64,000 nt of DNA, from NCBI GenBank assembly GCA_018825365.1, contig JAHJEV010000003.1:2284-66283 (forward strand), written 5' to 3'. Positions within the stretch are counted from its first letter, which is position 1; every line of letters begins with the position of its first letter. A program made the translations under genes and the position numbers. The DNA comes from Patescibacteria group bacterium (GTDB taxonomy: Bacteria; Patescibacteriota; WWE3; UBA101185; UBA10185). Shown here piece after piece: positions 11,847-20,189 of the stretch. The notes under the pieces were generated by a model that ran no database searches, was not told the origin of the DNA, and saw only the letters and a list, made by a program, of their open reading frames with translations.

Positions 11847-12350
11847 ATGTTATTTCAACCTAAAGAAAAAGGTTTTACGTTAGTTGAGCTTTTGGTAGTT
11901 ATTGCTATCGTTGCTATTCTTGCGGGCGCTGTTTTAATTGCAATTAACCCAGCTACAATGATGCAAAAAGCAAGAGACTCCAGAAGACTTGGAGATATGG
12001 ACACGCTTGTCAAAGCCATGAACTTGGCTATAACAGAGGGTGAGATCACCTTAGCAACTATGGCAGCCGCTACGACTTCAGCACAAGCTACTGCACAGGT
12101 AGTTGATGGTACAGGTTGGATAAGGTTTGCTATACCAGCGACAAAGACTGGCCTTTCGAAATACGTAGCAGCCCTTCCACTTGACCCGACAAACACAGGA
12201 TCGAACGTCTACTCATTCCAGTCAACTTTGACTGATTTTGAGATGGACGCAGTTTTGGAGCATGCTGATAATGCAATAAAAATGACAACGGATGGTGGAA
12301 ACAGCGCTACGAAATACGAAGTTGGAACAAGCCTTACAATCACGAACTAG
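11847..12350 (+). CDS. Type IV pilin (candidate major pilin)
   Basis: Prepilin leader followed by GFTLVELLVVIAIVAILAG. A strong RBS (AAAGGAGGTG) precedes it, and a terminator follows. Confidence 0.8.
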   Translation: MLFQPKEKGFTLVELLVVIAIVAILAGAVLIAINPATMMQKARDSRRLGDMDTLVKAMNLAITEGEITLATMAAATTSAQATAQVVDGTGWIRFAIPATKTGLSKYVAALPLDPTNTGSNVYSFQSTLTDFEMDAVLEHADNAIKMTTDGGNSATKYEVGTSLTITN

Positions 12351-12408
12351 TGATTGGTTAGTGGAGTTGGAATTGCGTACGTAGCCAGAGCTCTGTTTAT
12401 AGAGTCAA

Positions 12409-12444
12409 AGGGGACCCGTATTTGGCGGGTCTCCTTAAGTTTTT
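12409..12444 (+). terminator. Rho-independent terminator after the pilin gene (shared by convergent genes)
   Basis: Hairpin GGGGACCCG-tatttgg-CGGGTCTCC followed by a T-rich run (TTAAGTTTTTA). Confidence 0.5.
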
Positions 12445-12473
12445 ATGAAAAGCCTCAGGTTAATTAAAACACG

Positions 12474-12914
12474 TCACTTCTGGATAATAATTTCTTTCCC
12501 ATACAATTGTTGTTTCACATTATGTTTTATTTCTTCGGAAACGGATTTATTCTTGACAAGTTTCATAATTTCTTTTGGGTCATCGTCAGCTGCTATTCTA
12601 TTTAAATTAACTTTTCCACATTTTTCACAAATGTGCATAAGCATAAGTTCCCCTATCTTTGCTTTCTTCCACTTGCCATCACGGCTTTTTTTGAACGTAA
12701 CTCCGACAGGATGCATCTTCCCCCCACATTTTGAAAGTCTGTCTCCGGTTTTTGTTTCATCAACGTGTTTGCTCCAAAGACAAAATGGGCAATGATTTCT
12801 ATTTCTTGTACCGATATTTCCAATTGCCGAAACATGTTTGCCACAGTGCAAACATTTAAAGTTTTCTTTGATATTGCTTTTCACACTCCAATTATATCTT
12901 AGATTCCTGTACAA
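12474..12914 (-). CDS. RNHCP domain protein (paralog 1)
   Basis: RNRNHCPFCLWSKHVD plus CxxC pairs (CLHCGKH, CEKCGK) form an RNHCP/zinc-ribbon signature. Its start lies only about 8 bp from the divergent pilD start. Confidence 0.7.
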   Translation of the reverse strand: MYRNLRYNWSVKSNIKENFKCLHCGKHVSAIGNIGTRNRNHCPFCLWSKHVDETKTGDRLSKCGGKMHPVGVTFKKSRDGKWKKAKIGELMLMHICEKCGKVNLNRIAADDDPKEIMKLVKNKSVSEEIKHNVKQQLYGKEIIIQK

Positions 12915-12921
12915 TAATTTT

Positions 12922-13806
12922 ATGCAGACATTGTGTTATATTTTTCTTTTTTTAGGCGGCGCTCTTATCGGATCTTTTTTAAACTTGGTTTCTGATCGTC
13001 TTCCAAAGCGTAAGCTGATTATTTTTGGAAGATCCAAATGTGATTTTTGTAACAAACCCCTTGAGCCTAGAAATTTATTCCCTATATTTTCTTTTCTTTT
13101 CCAAAAAGGTAGGTGTTCCTTTTGCAAAAAGAAGCTTTCCCTTTACTACCCCCTTTCGGAGATCTTATCTGGTTTGTTATTTATAGTTGCCGGTTACGCA
13201 TCCAGATTTTTTCAAGTTCCATCATTTGCAACTCTTATTACCTTTATCTTTTATGCCGTTGTATTTAGTTTTTATCTGATTATTTCTCTGACGGATTTGA
13301 AGAAATGTATTATTCCTGACGAAGTTGTCTATCCAGCTATTGGTTTTACTGTTTTATATATTTTATTTTCCAGAGCTTATGATTTTTTGACTATGAAAAA
13401 AGCTCTGTCTAACGATCAACTTGGGGTTTATCTTATAAAAGTTGGATACCTTAATAGTCAGCTTATGTTCGCGCTGAAAAATCTTGGTTTAGTTTTATTA
13501 GGAGCGGTTATTATCTGTTTGTTTTTTATGTTTCTGGTTTGGATCACAAAAGGAAGGGGGATGGGATGGGGAGATGTAAAACTTGGATTTTTAATAGGAC
13601 TTGTTAACGGGTTTCCTTATGGATTTGAGGCGATATTTTTCGGGTTTGTGCTTGGAGCTTTGTATAGTTTGATTTTAATAATATCCAAAAGGAAAACCAT
13701 GAAAGACACGATCGCATTCGGTCCTTTCCTCATCATGGGAAGTGTGCTTACTCTTTTATATGGGGTCAGAATTTTTGATTGGTATACGAGTATAGGGATG
13801 AGGTAA
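12922..13806 (+). CDS. pilD: Prepilin peptidase PilD (A24 family)
   Basis: N-terminal CDFC...CSFC zinc motif, multiple transmembrane segments, and the catalytic DLKKCIIPD and GMGWGDVKL motifs. Start taken at MQTLCYIF. Confidence 0.85.
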   Translation: MQTLCYIFLFLGGALIGSFLNLVSDRLPKRKLIIFGRSKCDFCNKPLEPRNLFPIFSFLFQKGRCSFCKKKLSLYYPLSEILSGLLFIVAGYASRFFQVPSFATLITFIFYAVVFSFYLIISLTDLKKCIIPDEVVYPAIGFTVLYILFSRAYDFLTMKKALSNDQLGVYLIKVGYLNSQLMFALKNLGLVLLGAVIICLFFMFLVWITKGRGMGWGDVKLGFLIGLVNGFPYGFEAIFFGFVLGALYSLILIISKRKTMKDTIAFGPFLIMGSVLTLLYGVRIFDWYTSIGMR

Positions 13807-13855
13807 CTGGAGAGATTCTTAAAATTTTAGGCAAGGAGGAAGAAGAAAAAATGAT

Positions 13856-14380
13856 TTAGTTTTTGTCTTTTAGACACTCTAAGTACATCTTCTCACACCT
13901 TATTATCTGTTCTTCAATTGTATCCAGACCCATATTTTCTCTTAACTCTATCAGTTTATCTGAATCCTTTACGGGTAGTAACTCCGTAATCACCTTACCG
14001 TCTTTTTCTTCAGATTTGACTTGGGTTCCGTATATTTGGTAACCGTATTTTCTTAAGCACACTCTATCCTCAAGAAAGGCCACGTCTTTCTTTGATACAC
14101 CGTTTAAGTTTTCTTTCATTAGTTCTAGGCATCTTTCTCTAAACTCATTATCTTTAGTGTGTTGTGCCAGTAACCACGATGCGTGGGCTGCCCTCTCACC
14201 TACTTTGGAAAATGTCGGCCATCCGATTTTTGAAATTATCTTTTTAAGTTCCTTAGTGTTTTTTTCGTCTGCAGTTTCTACATCTTTCCATGAGAAGTTT
14301 GGATTTTTCCTAAGTTTCTGATCCCGCTTAGCCATTTGTAGAAGCTTCGTCTTATTTAAAAAGCGTTTGAACAAATTCAT
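13856..14380 (-). CDS. Hypothetical protein at the distal end of the rSAM cluster
   Basis: 174 aa (KIGWPTFSKVGERAAHASWLLAQH). No recognised motif. Confidence 0.4.
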   Translation of the reverse strand: MNLFKRFLNKTKLLQMAKRDQKLRKNPNFSWKDVETADEKNTKELKKIISKIGWPTFSKVGERAAHASWLLAQHTKDNEFRERCLELMKENLNGVSKKDVAFLEDRVCLRKYGYQIYGTQVKSEEKDGKVITELLPVKDSDKLIELRENMGLDTIEEQIIRCEKMYLECLKDKN

Positions 14381-14416
14381 ATATATATAAAGTAATACTT
14401 TCCACTCAAATAAAAT

Positions 14417-14448
14417 AGTGCCTACTCATTGTTAATGTAGCAGGCACT
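14417..14448 (-). terminator. Possible terminator downstream of the rSAM gene
   Basis: Imperfect hairpin AGTGCCT...AGGCACT, followed on the minus strand by a T-rich tract. Confidence 0.35.
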
Positions 14449-14456
14449 TGATGTGG

Positions 14457-15752
14457 CTAAGACGTTATGACATTTCTATTATAAGTAACTCTCCCGCTTT
14501 CATCCAATAACCACAGTCCCTTGTTCCACTCTCCTGTGTATGGATTGTATGTGCACCGGGGGTAGGGGGACTCCGCTAGACTAAGTTTTCCACCACAGCT
14601 TCCAAACGACAGAGCTCTGCAGTCGAAACAACAATATCTGTATTCGCAGTCTTTACATACCAAAACACTGTCCTTTGTAGATTTCCAAATGTCTTGAACC
14701 TGCTTACGCTCAACAAGGTTTGTGAGGTTGGTTTCTTTGTAATTTCCCAGAATTGTCCCACGAAGGAAGATACAAGGTAGGAAATCCCCAAATTCTGTCA
14801 CAGTCAAGCAGCCCTTAAGGCACGAATTAAAAGACGTGTGGTTACAAAGAGACTCTTTGTTAGTCTGGAAGTTTGGTTCCATCAGACAACCGTATTTAAG
14901 TATGTACTTCATGTCCGGCAAGAGTGTGGAGTTGTTACCCCGACCGGTAGGCCTCAAAGGGTCTATTTTACTAGATTGTATTCCAAGTTCCCTTTTAAAT
15001 TTTAGGGTTTCCTCTATGGTTTCCTGGTTAGCTCTCATTAACACGGTTTCAGCTCTTACTAGAACACCGAGGTTTCTTAACTGCTTTATTACGGCCACGG
15101 TTTTTCTGTGACTTCCGGGAGTTCTGGTAATGTAGTCGTGAATCTTCTCATCATGGGAGTAGATAGTTGTGGCGATTTTCAACCCCAGACTTTTTATTCG
15201 AACGATGTCTTGGCTTTTAACCAGTGTGAGATTACTAAAGATTTCGATACTGTTAAAACCTATTTCTATGGCATACTCCGCTAGATCCAGGACTGTTTCT
15301 TTGTTACTACCCCTGAATAAGAAAGGTTCCCCGCCTATAAACTGACCCCTCTTACACCCAAGATCTCTTGCCTCTTTTATTAATGAGACCCAACCCTCAA
15401 ATCTTATCGGAGTTTGGTTGCAGTAAACATCCTTATTTCCTGCTTCACCAGAATCCACGTAACACTGAATGCATCGTTCGTTACAGCGCGAAGTGCAGAT
15501 TTCAAACCACACAAAGTTCAGATTTGCCTGTCCTTCGTCTTTGGGAAGTTTGCTATAAGAATGCCTAGAACATTTTGTTGCCAAACCCAAGTTTAGAAGT
15601 TTTTCCCAATAGGCAGCATCACTTGATTTATTAGATAATATACCTACCGCTGCCTGGTTTATTGAGTATACGTTTCCGGAGTTTGTATCTAGTATTGCCC
15701 CTCTGTGAACTCCCTTTACTAAATAGACACCCTTACCAAGTTTGTATTTCAT
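14457..15752 (-). CDS. Radical SAM/SPASM-domain peptide-modifying enzyme with N-terminal PqqD/RRE-like domain
   Basis: CNERCIQC is a CxxxCxxC radical SAM motif. The C-terminus is Cys-rich SPASM (CNHTSFNSCLKGC...VCKDCEYRYCCFDCRA...C). The first ~80 aa (YLVKGVHRGAILDTNSGNVYSINQAAVGIL) match the PqqD-like RiPP recognition element pattern. Confidence 0.85.
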   Translation of the reverse strand: MKYKLGKGVYLVKGVHRGAILDTNSGNVYSINQAAVGILSNKSSDAAYWEKLLNLGLATKCSRHSYSKLPKDEGQANLNFVWFEICTSRCNERCIQCYVDSGEAGNKDVYCNQTPIRFEGWVSLIKEARDLGCKRGQFIGGEPFLFRGSNKETVLDLAEYAIEIGFNSIEIFSNLTLVKSQDIVRIKSLGLKIATTIYSHDEKIHDYITRTPGSHRKTVAVIKQLRNLGVLVRAETVLMRANQETIEETLKFKRELGIQSSKIDPLRPTGRGNNSTLLPDMKYILKYGCLMEPNFQTNKESLCNHTSFNSCLKGCLTVTEFGDFLPCIFLRGTILGNYKETNLTNLVERKQVQDIWKSTKDSVLVCKDCEYRYCCFDCRALSFGSCGGKLSLAESPYPRCTYNPYTGEWNKGLWLLDESGRVTYNRNVITS

Positions 15753-15799
15753 CGCATCTCTCCTCTTTTGTTAGATTATAACTTGCAATATATCACTTA

Positions 15800-16564
15800 T
15801 TAGTACTTTTCACTACTTGCTTTGGAGTACTCTGGGTACTTTTTCTTTATTCTTTGAACAAACTGGTAAATATTTTCCTCATCGTTTTTTAAATACGTTT
15901 TCCATTCTTTTAGAATTTTTCTTTCACACGTTTGCAAATGTGTGTGACCTACTTGCATCCCATCACACTTAAAGTAACTTCCTTTCCTGTTTAACCTAAT
16001 TCGCATTTCATTGTCAGCTATTAATTCAACAACCGCGTGTTCCAAATCTGTTTTTATAAAAAAATTGTGAAGATACTCATGAACAAGATAAACCAAGCTA
16101 TAATTTTTCCAATCCTCCTCATGGCCCCAGAATATACTTCCATGGTAGCTTGATCCCTCCCGCACTTTGTTACTAAGGACGTTCACAACAGAGTTTTTCT
16201 CTGGGAGTTCTGTCTTCAAAATATCCATCAACTCTTTATTTATAATTTCTTTGTTTTTATTCCACTGATTTTCGAGCCGTACTTTATAGTCACAAGCATT
16301 TTTATATATTGAGGAGAACTCTTTTGTGGCTAGTCCTTCAGAAAGAATTTGCGTTATGTCAGAGGTTGCTTCTTTTAATACCTTTTTGTAATCTGGTCCA
16401 GAAAGTAATTCATAGTAGTTACCTTGTATTAGTTGATAACCTTTTTTGTATTTTTTCCATAACTTGTTTTGAAGACTTACCCAACTTTTAACTCTATAGT
16501 TAGGGGTTTTTAATAAACAGGTTATGAAAAGTATTTCTTTTGAGATTTTGAAAGTTAAGTCCAT
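15800..16564 (-). CDS. HExxH-motif protein (candidate zinc metallopeptidase; paralog of 21081..21767)
   Basis: LVYLVHEYLHNFF contains HExxH. It lies between the candidate precursor and the rSAM gene. Confidence 0.5.
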   Translation of the reverse strand: MDLTFKISKEILFITCLLKTPNYRVKSWVSLQNKLWKKYKKGYQLIQGNYYELLSGPDYKKVLKEATSDITQILSEGLATKEFSSIYKNACDYKVRLENQWNKNKEIINKELMDILKTELPEKNSVVNVLSNKVREGSSYHGSIFWGHEEDWKNYSLVYLVHEYLHNFFIKTDLEHAVVELIADNEMRIRLNRKGSYFKCDGMQVGHTHLQTCERKILKEWKTYLKNDEENIYQFVQRIKKKYPEYSKASSEKY

Positions 16565-16630
16565 ATTTTATAAAGGTGGCGAAGTTTATGATCAAGCACG
16601 TTTCACAAACTTCGCCTATTTGGTACATCA

Positions 16631-16786
16631 TTACTTTGGATTACAAGTTCTTGGATAACAGGATGGTGCACATGGACCGTTGGGGGCGCAATTTGGATTA
16701 CACCTAGAGGGTCCTTTCCTGTTGTTTGTCACGAGCTTTATCTCTGGTTTCTCACGGTTTTTCAAATCAGTTGTTGCGGGTTTCAT
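16631..16786 (-). CDS. Small Cys/Pro/Asn-rich peptide, candidate RiPP precursor (51 aa, below the ORF-track cutoff)
   Basis: MKPATTDLKNREKPEIKLVTNNRKGPSRCNPNCAPNGPCAPSCYPRTCNPK. A strong SD (AAAAGGAGATCATA-ATG) precedes it. The sequence shows a charged leader plus a repetitive C-x-P-x core with 5 Cys. It lies on the same strand as the downstream rSAM/SPASM enzyme. Confidence 0.55.
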   Translation of the reverse strand: MKPATTDLKNREKPEIKLVTNNRKGPSRCNPNCAPNGPCAPSCYPRTCNPK

Positions 16787-16995
16787 TATGATCTCCTTTT
16801 CTTCTAGCACTTTTCTATCTTTATGTTGTTATTCTATCACTTCTTGTAAAGCTGTGGGTACTTGACACACCATTCCCTTGGGGAACTTCTAATAGATTCT
16901 GTTTTATATTCAGCTCGAGGGGATATTAATTAAAATTGTTATAGGATTTATGGTAGCCAGATTGTCCAGAAAAGATTGTCCTTATATTTTGGTAG

Positions 16996-18426
16996 TTACG
17001 ATAAACTTGTGATTTGTTGGATTGGGACCCGCAGTGTCTTTACGCTGTCGGATTCAATTTTTTCGCCAGGTTTTAATATTGTTGTTTTAGGAAGGGATAT
17101 CCAAAATGTGCTTCCCTTGCCTATTCCATCGGATGTTGCCCAAACTTTCCCCCCCATTCCCTCAACATAAAGCCTTACAATATAAAGTCCAAGTCCAGTG
17201 CCGCCTGTGTCTGAAGCTATAGTATAGGAATTATCTATTCTTCCGAATTTATGGAAAAGCTTTGGAATATCCGGGGGGTTAATTCCGGACCCGGAGTCTT
17301 TTATCTGAATCACTACTTTATCTTCTTCGTTTTCTACCGTCACTTTTATTCCCCCGTTATCGGTAAATTTAACAGCGTTATCTATCAAGTTTATGATCAC
17401 ATTTCTCATTTTCTCTTTATCGATATCCACAAAAACGTCAAGACACTCTTCATCGAAACTTAAGTTAATCCCTTTGCTTTTAGTCTTTATCTCAAAGCCG
17501 GTAAGAATTTCCTTTATGAGTTCGCAAAGATTTGTTTGAATAATCTTGAACTCTACCTTATCTTGTTCGAATCTGGATATATTAAGCATGTCGTTAATCA
17601 AATCTATCATTCTTTGAGTCCCCCTTTCGGCCTTTTGAAGGTATTCTTTCTGTTTGTTGTTTAGTTTCCCTGTTTTATGTTGATCCATCATCCAAAGATA
17701 ACTTTTAACGATTGTCATTGGGGTTCTGAGTTCGTGTGAGGCTACTGTTAAAAACTCATCCTTCATTTTATTTAGAACCATTAAATTCTCGTAGGCTTCA
17801 TTAAGGTCATCTTTCACTTCTTTTAGGTTTTTATAAAGCCGTGAATTTTCAAGAGCAATTCCTGCGTTCTCGGAAAATTTTCTTAACATTTCCTTTTCAA
17901 AATCAGAAATTTTATCCGCATTTTTTGACATGCTGACTATCAAAACTCCGATAGCTTTGTCTCTGACGGTCAGTGGTGTTGCGATATTCAACTTGGTGCC
18001 AAGGAGCGCCTGGATATCTTTTGAATCTTCAAGTGTAACGGAAGGACCTAAAAGATCAAAAAGATTTCCTGATACGTACTGCTTTTTATCTTTGATGGCC
18101 CTTATACAAAGGTTGTCTTCATACCCTAGGGCTATACTTTTACTTCGAAGCGAGTCTTTTAGTTTTCTCATGACATTTTCATCTTTTATGGTTTGGGATA
18201 TTGCCGTTTTTACAAGTTTTTGTCTTTGTTCATCAACAAGCCAAAGAATCGAAAATTCATATCCCAATGCCATTGGGATGATGTCCGCAATTTTTTGGGC
18301 CATCTCGTCAAAGTCGTTAGTTCCAAGGATTATTTCGATAAGCTTATATGTAGCGTCAAGTGCCCTATTCTTATCAACAAGAGCCAAAAGCTCATTCTCC
18401 TTAAGTTGAACAGTATTATTATTCAT
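16996..18426 (-). CDS. Cytoplasmic sensor histidine kinase with GAF domain
   Basis: GAF region followed by the HisKA H-box (TVASHELRTPMT) and HATPase_c N/G boxes (NLIDNAVKF, DSGSGI, GGTGLGL). No transmembrane segment. Confidence 0.85.
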   Translation of the reverse strand: MNNNTVQLKENELLALVDKNRALDATYKLIEIILGTNDFDEMAQKIADIIPMALGYEFSILWLVDEQRQKLVKTAISQTIKDENVMRKLKDSLRSKSIALGYEDNLCIRAIKDKKQYVSGNLFDLLGPSVTLEDSKDIQALLGTKLNIATPLTVRDKAIGVLIVSMSKNADKISDFEKEMLRKFSENAGIALENSRLYKNLKEVKDDLNEAYENLMVLNKMKDEFLTVASHELRTPMTIVKSYLWMMDQHKTGKLNNKQKEYLQKAERGTQRMIDLINDMLNISRFEQDKVEFKIIQTNLCELIKEILTGFEIKTKSKGINLSFDEECLDVFVDIDKEKMRNVIINLIDNAVKFTDNGGIKVTVENEEDKVVIQIKDSGSGINPPDIPKLFHKFGRIDNSYTIASDTGGTGLGLYIVRLYVEGMGGKVWATSDGIGKGSTFWISLPKTTILKPGEKIESDSVKTLRVPIQQITSLS

Positions 18427-18461
18427 GGCAGTAGCTTAATTATATATGTAAGTTTACAATT

Positions 18462-18758
18462 TTGGATATGGCAAGAAGATTTCAGAAAAAACTTGAGAAT
18501 TTCAAATGTGATAATTGTGGATACGAAGTTGTTGGATTCGGGTACACAAATCACTGTACCCAGTGTTTGTGGAGCAAGCATGTTGATATATTTCCCGGAG
18601 ATCGGAAGGAGGACTGCAAAGGTTTAATGAGGCCAATTAGGATTGAAAAAAAGAAAGATGGGTATGTGATAGTTCACAAATGTGAGAGGTGCGGGGAGGA
18701 AAGAAAAAACAAGGCATCCCCGCAGGATAATTTTGAGCAGATTATAAAAATAAGCTAA
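18462..18758 (+). CDS. RNHCP domain protein (paralog 2)
   Basis: YTNHCTQCLWSKHVD plus CDNCGY and CERCGE, the same motif set as 12474..12914. Confidence 0.7.
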   Translation: MDMARRFQKKLENFKCDNCGYEVVGFGYTNHCTQCLWSKHVDIFPGDRKEDCKGLMRPIRIEKKKDGYVIVHKCERCGEERKNKASPQDNFEQIIKIS

Positions 18759-18814
18759 CTCCCCTACCCGACTTTATTTGACTTGTTGTATTTCCTGACT
18801 GGTGTTATAAATTA

Positions 18815-19228
18815 ATGTATATGGATGAAAATAAAATTCCAAAAAATAATATTTTGATAATAGAAGATGAGCAGGATATTAGAGAAATTTATGTTGAGGT
18901 TTTGACCAATGCTAAATACACGGTAGATCAGGCTGCCGATGGGGAGACGGGGATGCAAAAGATAAAAGAAGGAAACTGGGACCTTTTACTACTTGATATA
19001 ATGCTTCCCGGAAGGGACGGACTTAAGATACTAAAGGAGATTAAAGAAACCCCCGGACTTAAAAAAGGTCCTGTTATTGCTCTGACTAATTTAAACAGCG
19101 AAAACATTATTCATGAGGTTTTTACTTCGGGAGCGGACGGGTATCTGATTAAAAGTGAAATTACACCGGATAAGGTAGTTGAAGAGATTGCGAAGGTTTT
19201 GAGTAAAGAGGAAGAAGAAAACAAGTAA
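18815..19228 (+). CDS. Stand-alone response regulator receiver (CheY-like)
   Basis: ILIIEDE, the phospho-acceptor DLLLLDIMLPG, the T (ALT) and the K (YLIKS). No output domain. Confidence 0.85.
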   Translation: MYMDENKIPKNNILIIEDEQDIREIYVEVLTNAKYTVDQAADGETGMQKIKEGNWDLLLLDIMLPGRDGLKILKEIKETPGLKKGPVIALTNLNSENIIHEVFTSGADGYLIKSEITPDKVVEEIAKVLSKEEEENK

Positions 19229-19280
19229 CGCCTAATTTCGTTTTGATTTCTGAATCCTTGATGTAGTTGTCGAATGGCGT

Positions 19281-19547
19281 CTATTTTTTACTTCCAGACT
19301 TCCACTCAAAATATTTATTAACCCAAGTCGGGTACTTCTCACCTGTTGAATCAAACACCTTGTATTCGAAATCCAGTATATCAATAGCATATGACATTTC
19401 GTCATAATTCGGTTCCTGCAAAAGTCTTGAAGGAAGGTTCCAAGCAGTATTTAAAATATGCATTGATAAGGTTTTATCGTATTTTCTATCATATTGATTT
19501 GTTCCTGCTATTAGTAGTAATAAAAGTTTGTTTTTATCTATTTTCAT
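19281..19547 (-). CDS. Small hypothetical protein inside the inserted segment
   Basis: 88-aa ORF starting MKIDKNK. The upstream part of the track ORF overlaps another frame and is probably not coding. Confidence 0.25.
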   Translation of the reverse strand: MKIDKNKLLLLLIAGTNQYDRKYDKTLSMHILNTAWNLPSRLLQEPNYDEMSYAIDILDFEYKVFDSTGEKYPTWVNKYFEWKSGSKK

Positions 19548-19629
19548 ATTTTTTGTTAAAGAAAATTGCCTGTGGAGTCTTTGTAAAGGTTTCTCCACGG
19601 TCTTGCATTTGACGTTGTTCTGCGGCCTG

Positions 19630-19878
19630 TTAGCCACGATCACGCCCAGGGAGTTCACCGAATGGGGAGCCGGAGTCTTGATAATCATCTCTAGCAGAGT
19701 GCCAAGTCTCTTTAACTTCCCGCTCTGACTGTTGATCGTCATTACCTTCGTTATCTTTCTCCCATTTGTCGTAATCGTGGGTGTCCTCTTCATCCCAGCC
19801 CCTAGTATCCCTTGGGGTAAAGGTGGAATCAACATCCTCATTTTCGTTCTCATCATCAGGACCGAATTTGGTACTCAT
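19630..19878 (-). CDS. Highly acidic D/E-rich small protein
   Basis: 82 aa, MSTKFGPDDENENEDVD...DEEDTHDYDKWEKDNEGNDD. Low complexity, so coding status is uncertain. Confidence 0.25.
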   Translation of the reverse strand: MSTKFGPDDENENEDVDSTFTPRDTRGWDEEDTHDYDKWEKDNEGNDDQQSEREVKETWHSARDDYQDSGSPFGELPGRDRG

Positions 19879-20034
19879 GGGACCCTCTCTTTTTCTGGAT
19901 TTTCTAGATAATATTACTTCCCCTGTTTATTATCAAGTCTGGGGTTCGACAGTGATGTAATTTACAAACTTGGGGGATTGTTCCTGATACCTCTTTAGTC
20001 TCAGGATAAAGTGTTATCTTGCTCTTTTTATCAT

Positions 20035-20161
20035 AAACATTATTCACGAGGTTTTCACTTCGGGAGCGGATGGGTATCTGATTAAAAGTGAAATTACACC
20101 AGATAAGGTAGTTGAAGAGATTGCGAAGGTATTGGGTAAAGAGAAAGAAGAAAACAAGTAG
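20035..20161 (+). pseudogene. Diverged duplicate of the 3' end of the response-regulator gene (gene fragment)
   Basis: About 127 bp at roughly 90% identity to 19102..19228. It keeps the frame (NIIHEVFTSGADGYLIKSEITPDKVVEEIAKVLGKEKEENK*) but has no 5' part. Confidence 0.6.
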
Positions 20162-20189
20162 TTAGTAGTGCCGACTTTTCATCTAATTT

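Noticed and set aside
12445-12795. 116-aa plus-strand ORF overlapping the RNHCP gene.
   Set aside because: It is antisense to an ORF with a clear conserved motif, it has no SD, and its composition is low-complexity hydrophobic.
14457-15752. Calling the rSAM enzyme a SCIFF maturase specifically.
   Set aside because: The adjacent peptide has five Cys in a Pro/Asn-rich C-x-P-x pattern. It does not resemble the SCIFF (six-Cys, Gly/Cys/Glu-rich) consensus I know, so only the general RRE-rSAM/SPASM class is claimed.
19940-19960. A GGTTCGAC motif resembling a tRNA T-arm.
   Set aside because: No acceptor stem or anticodon arm can be folded around it. It is not a tRNA.
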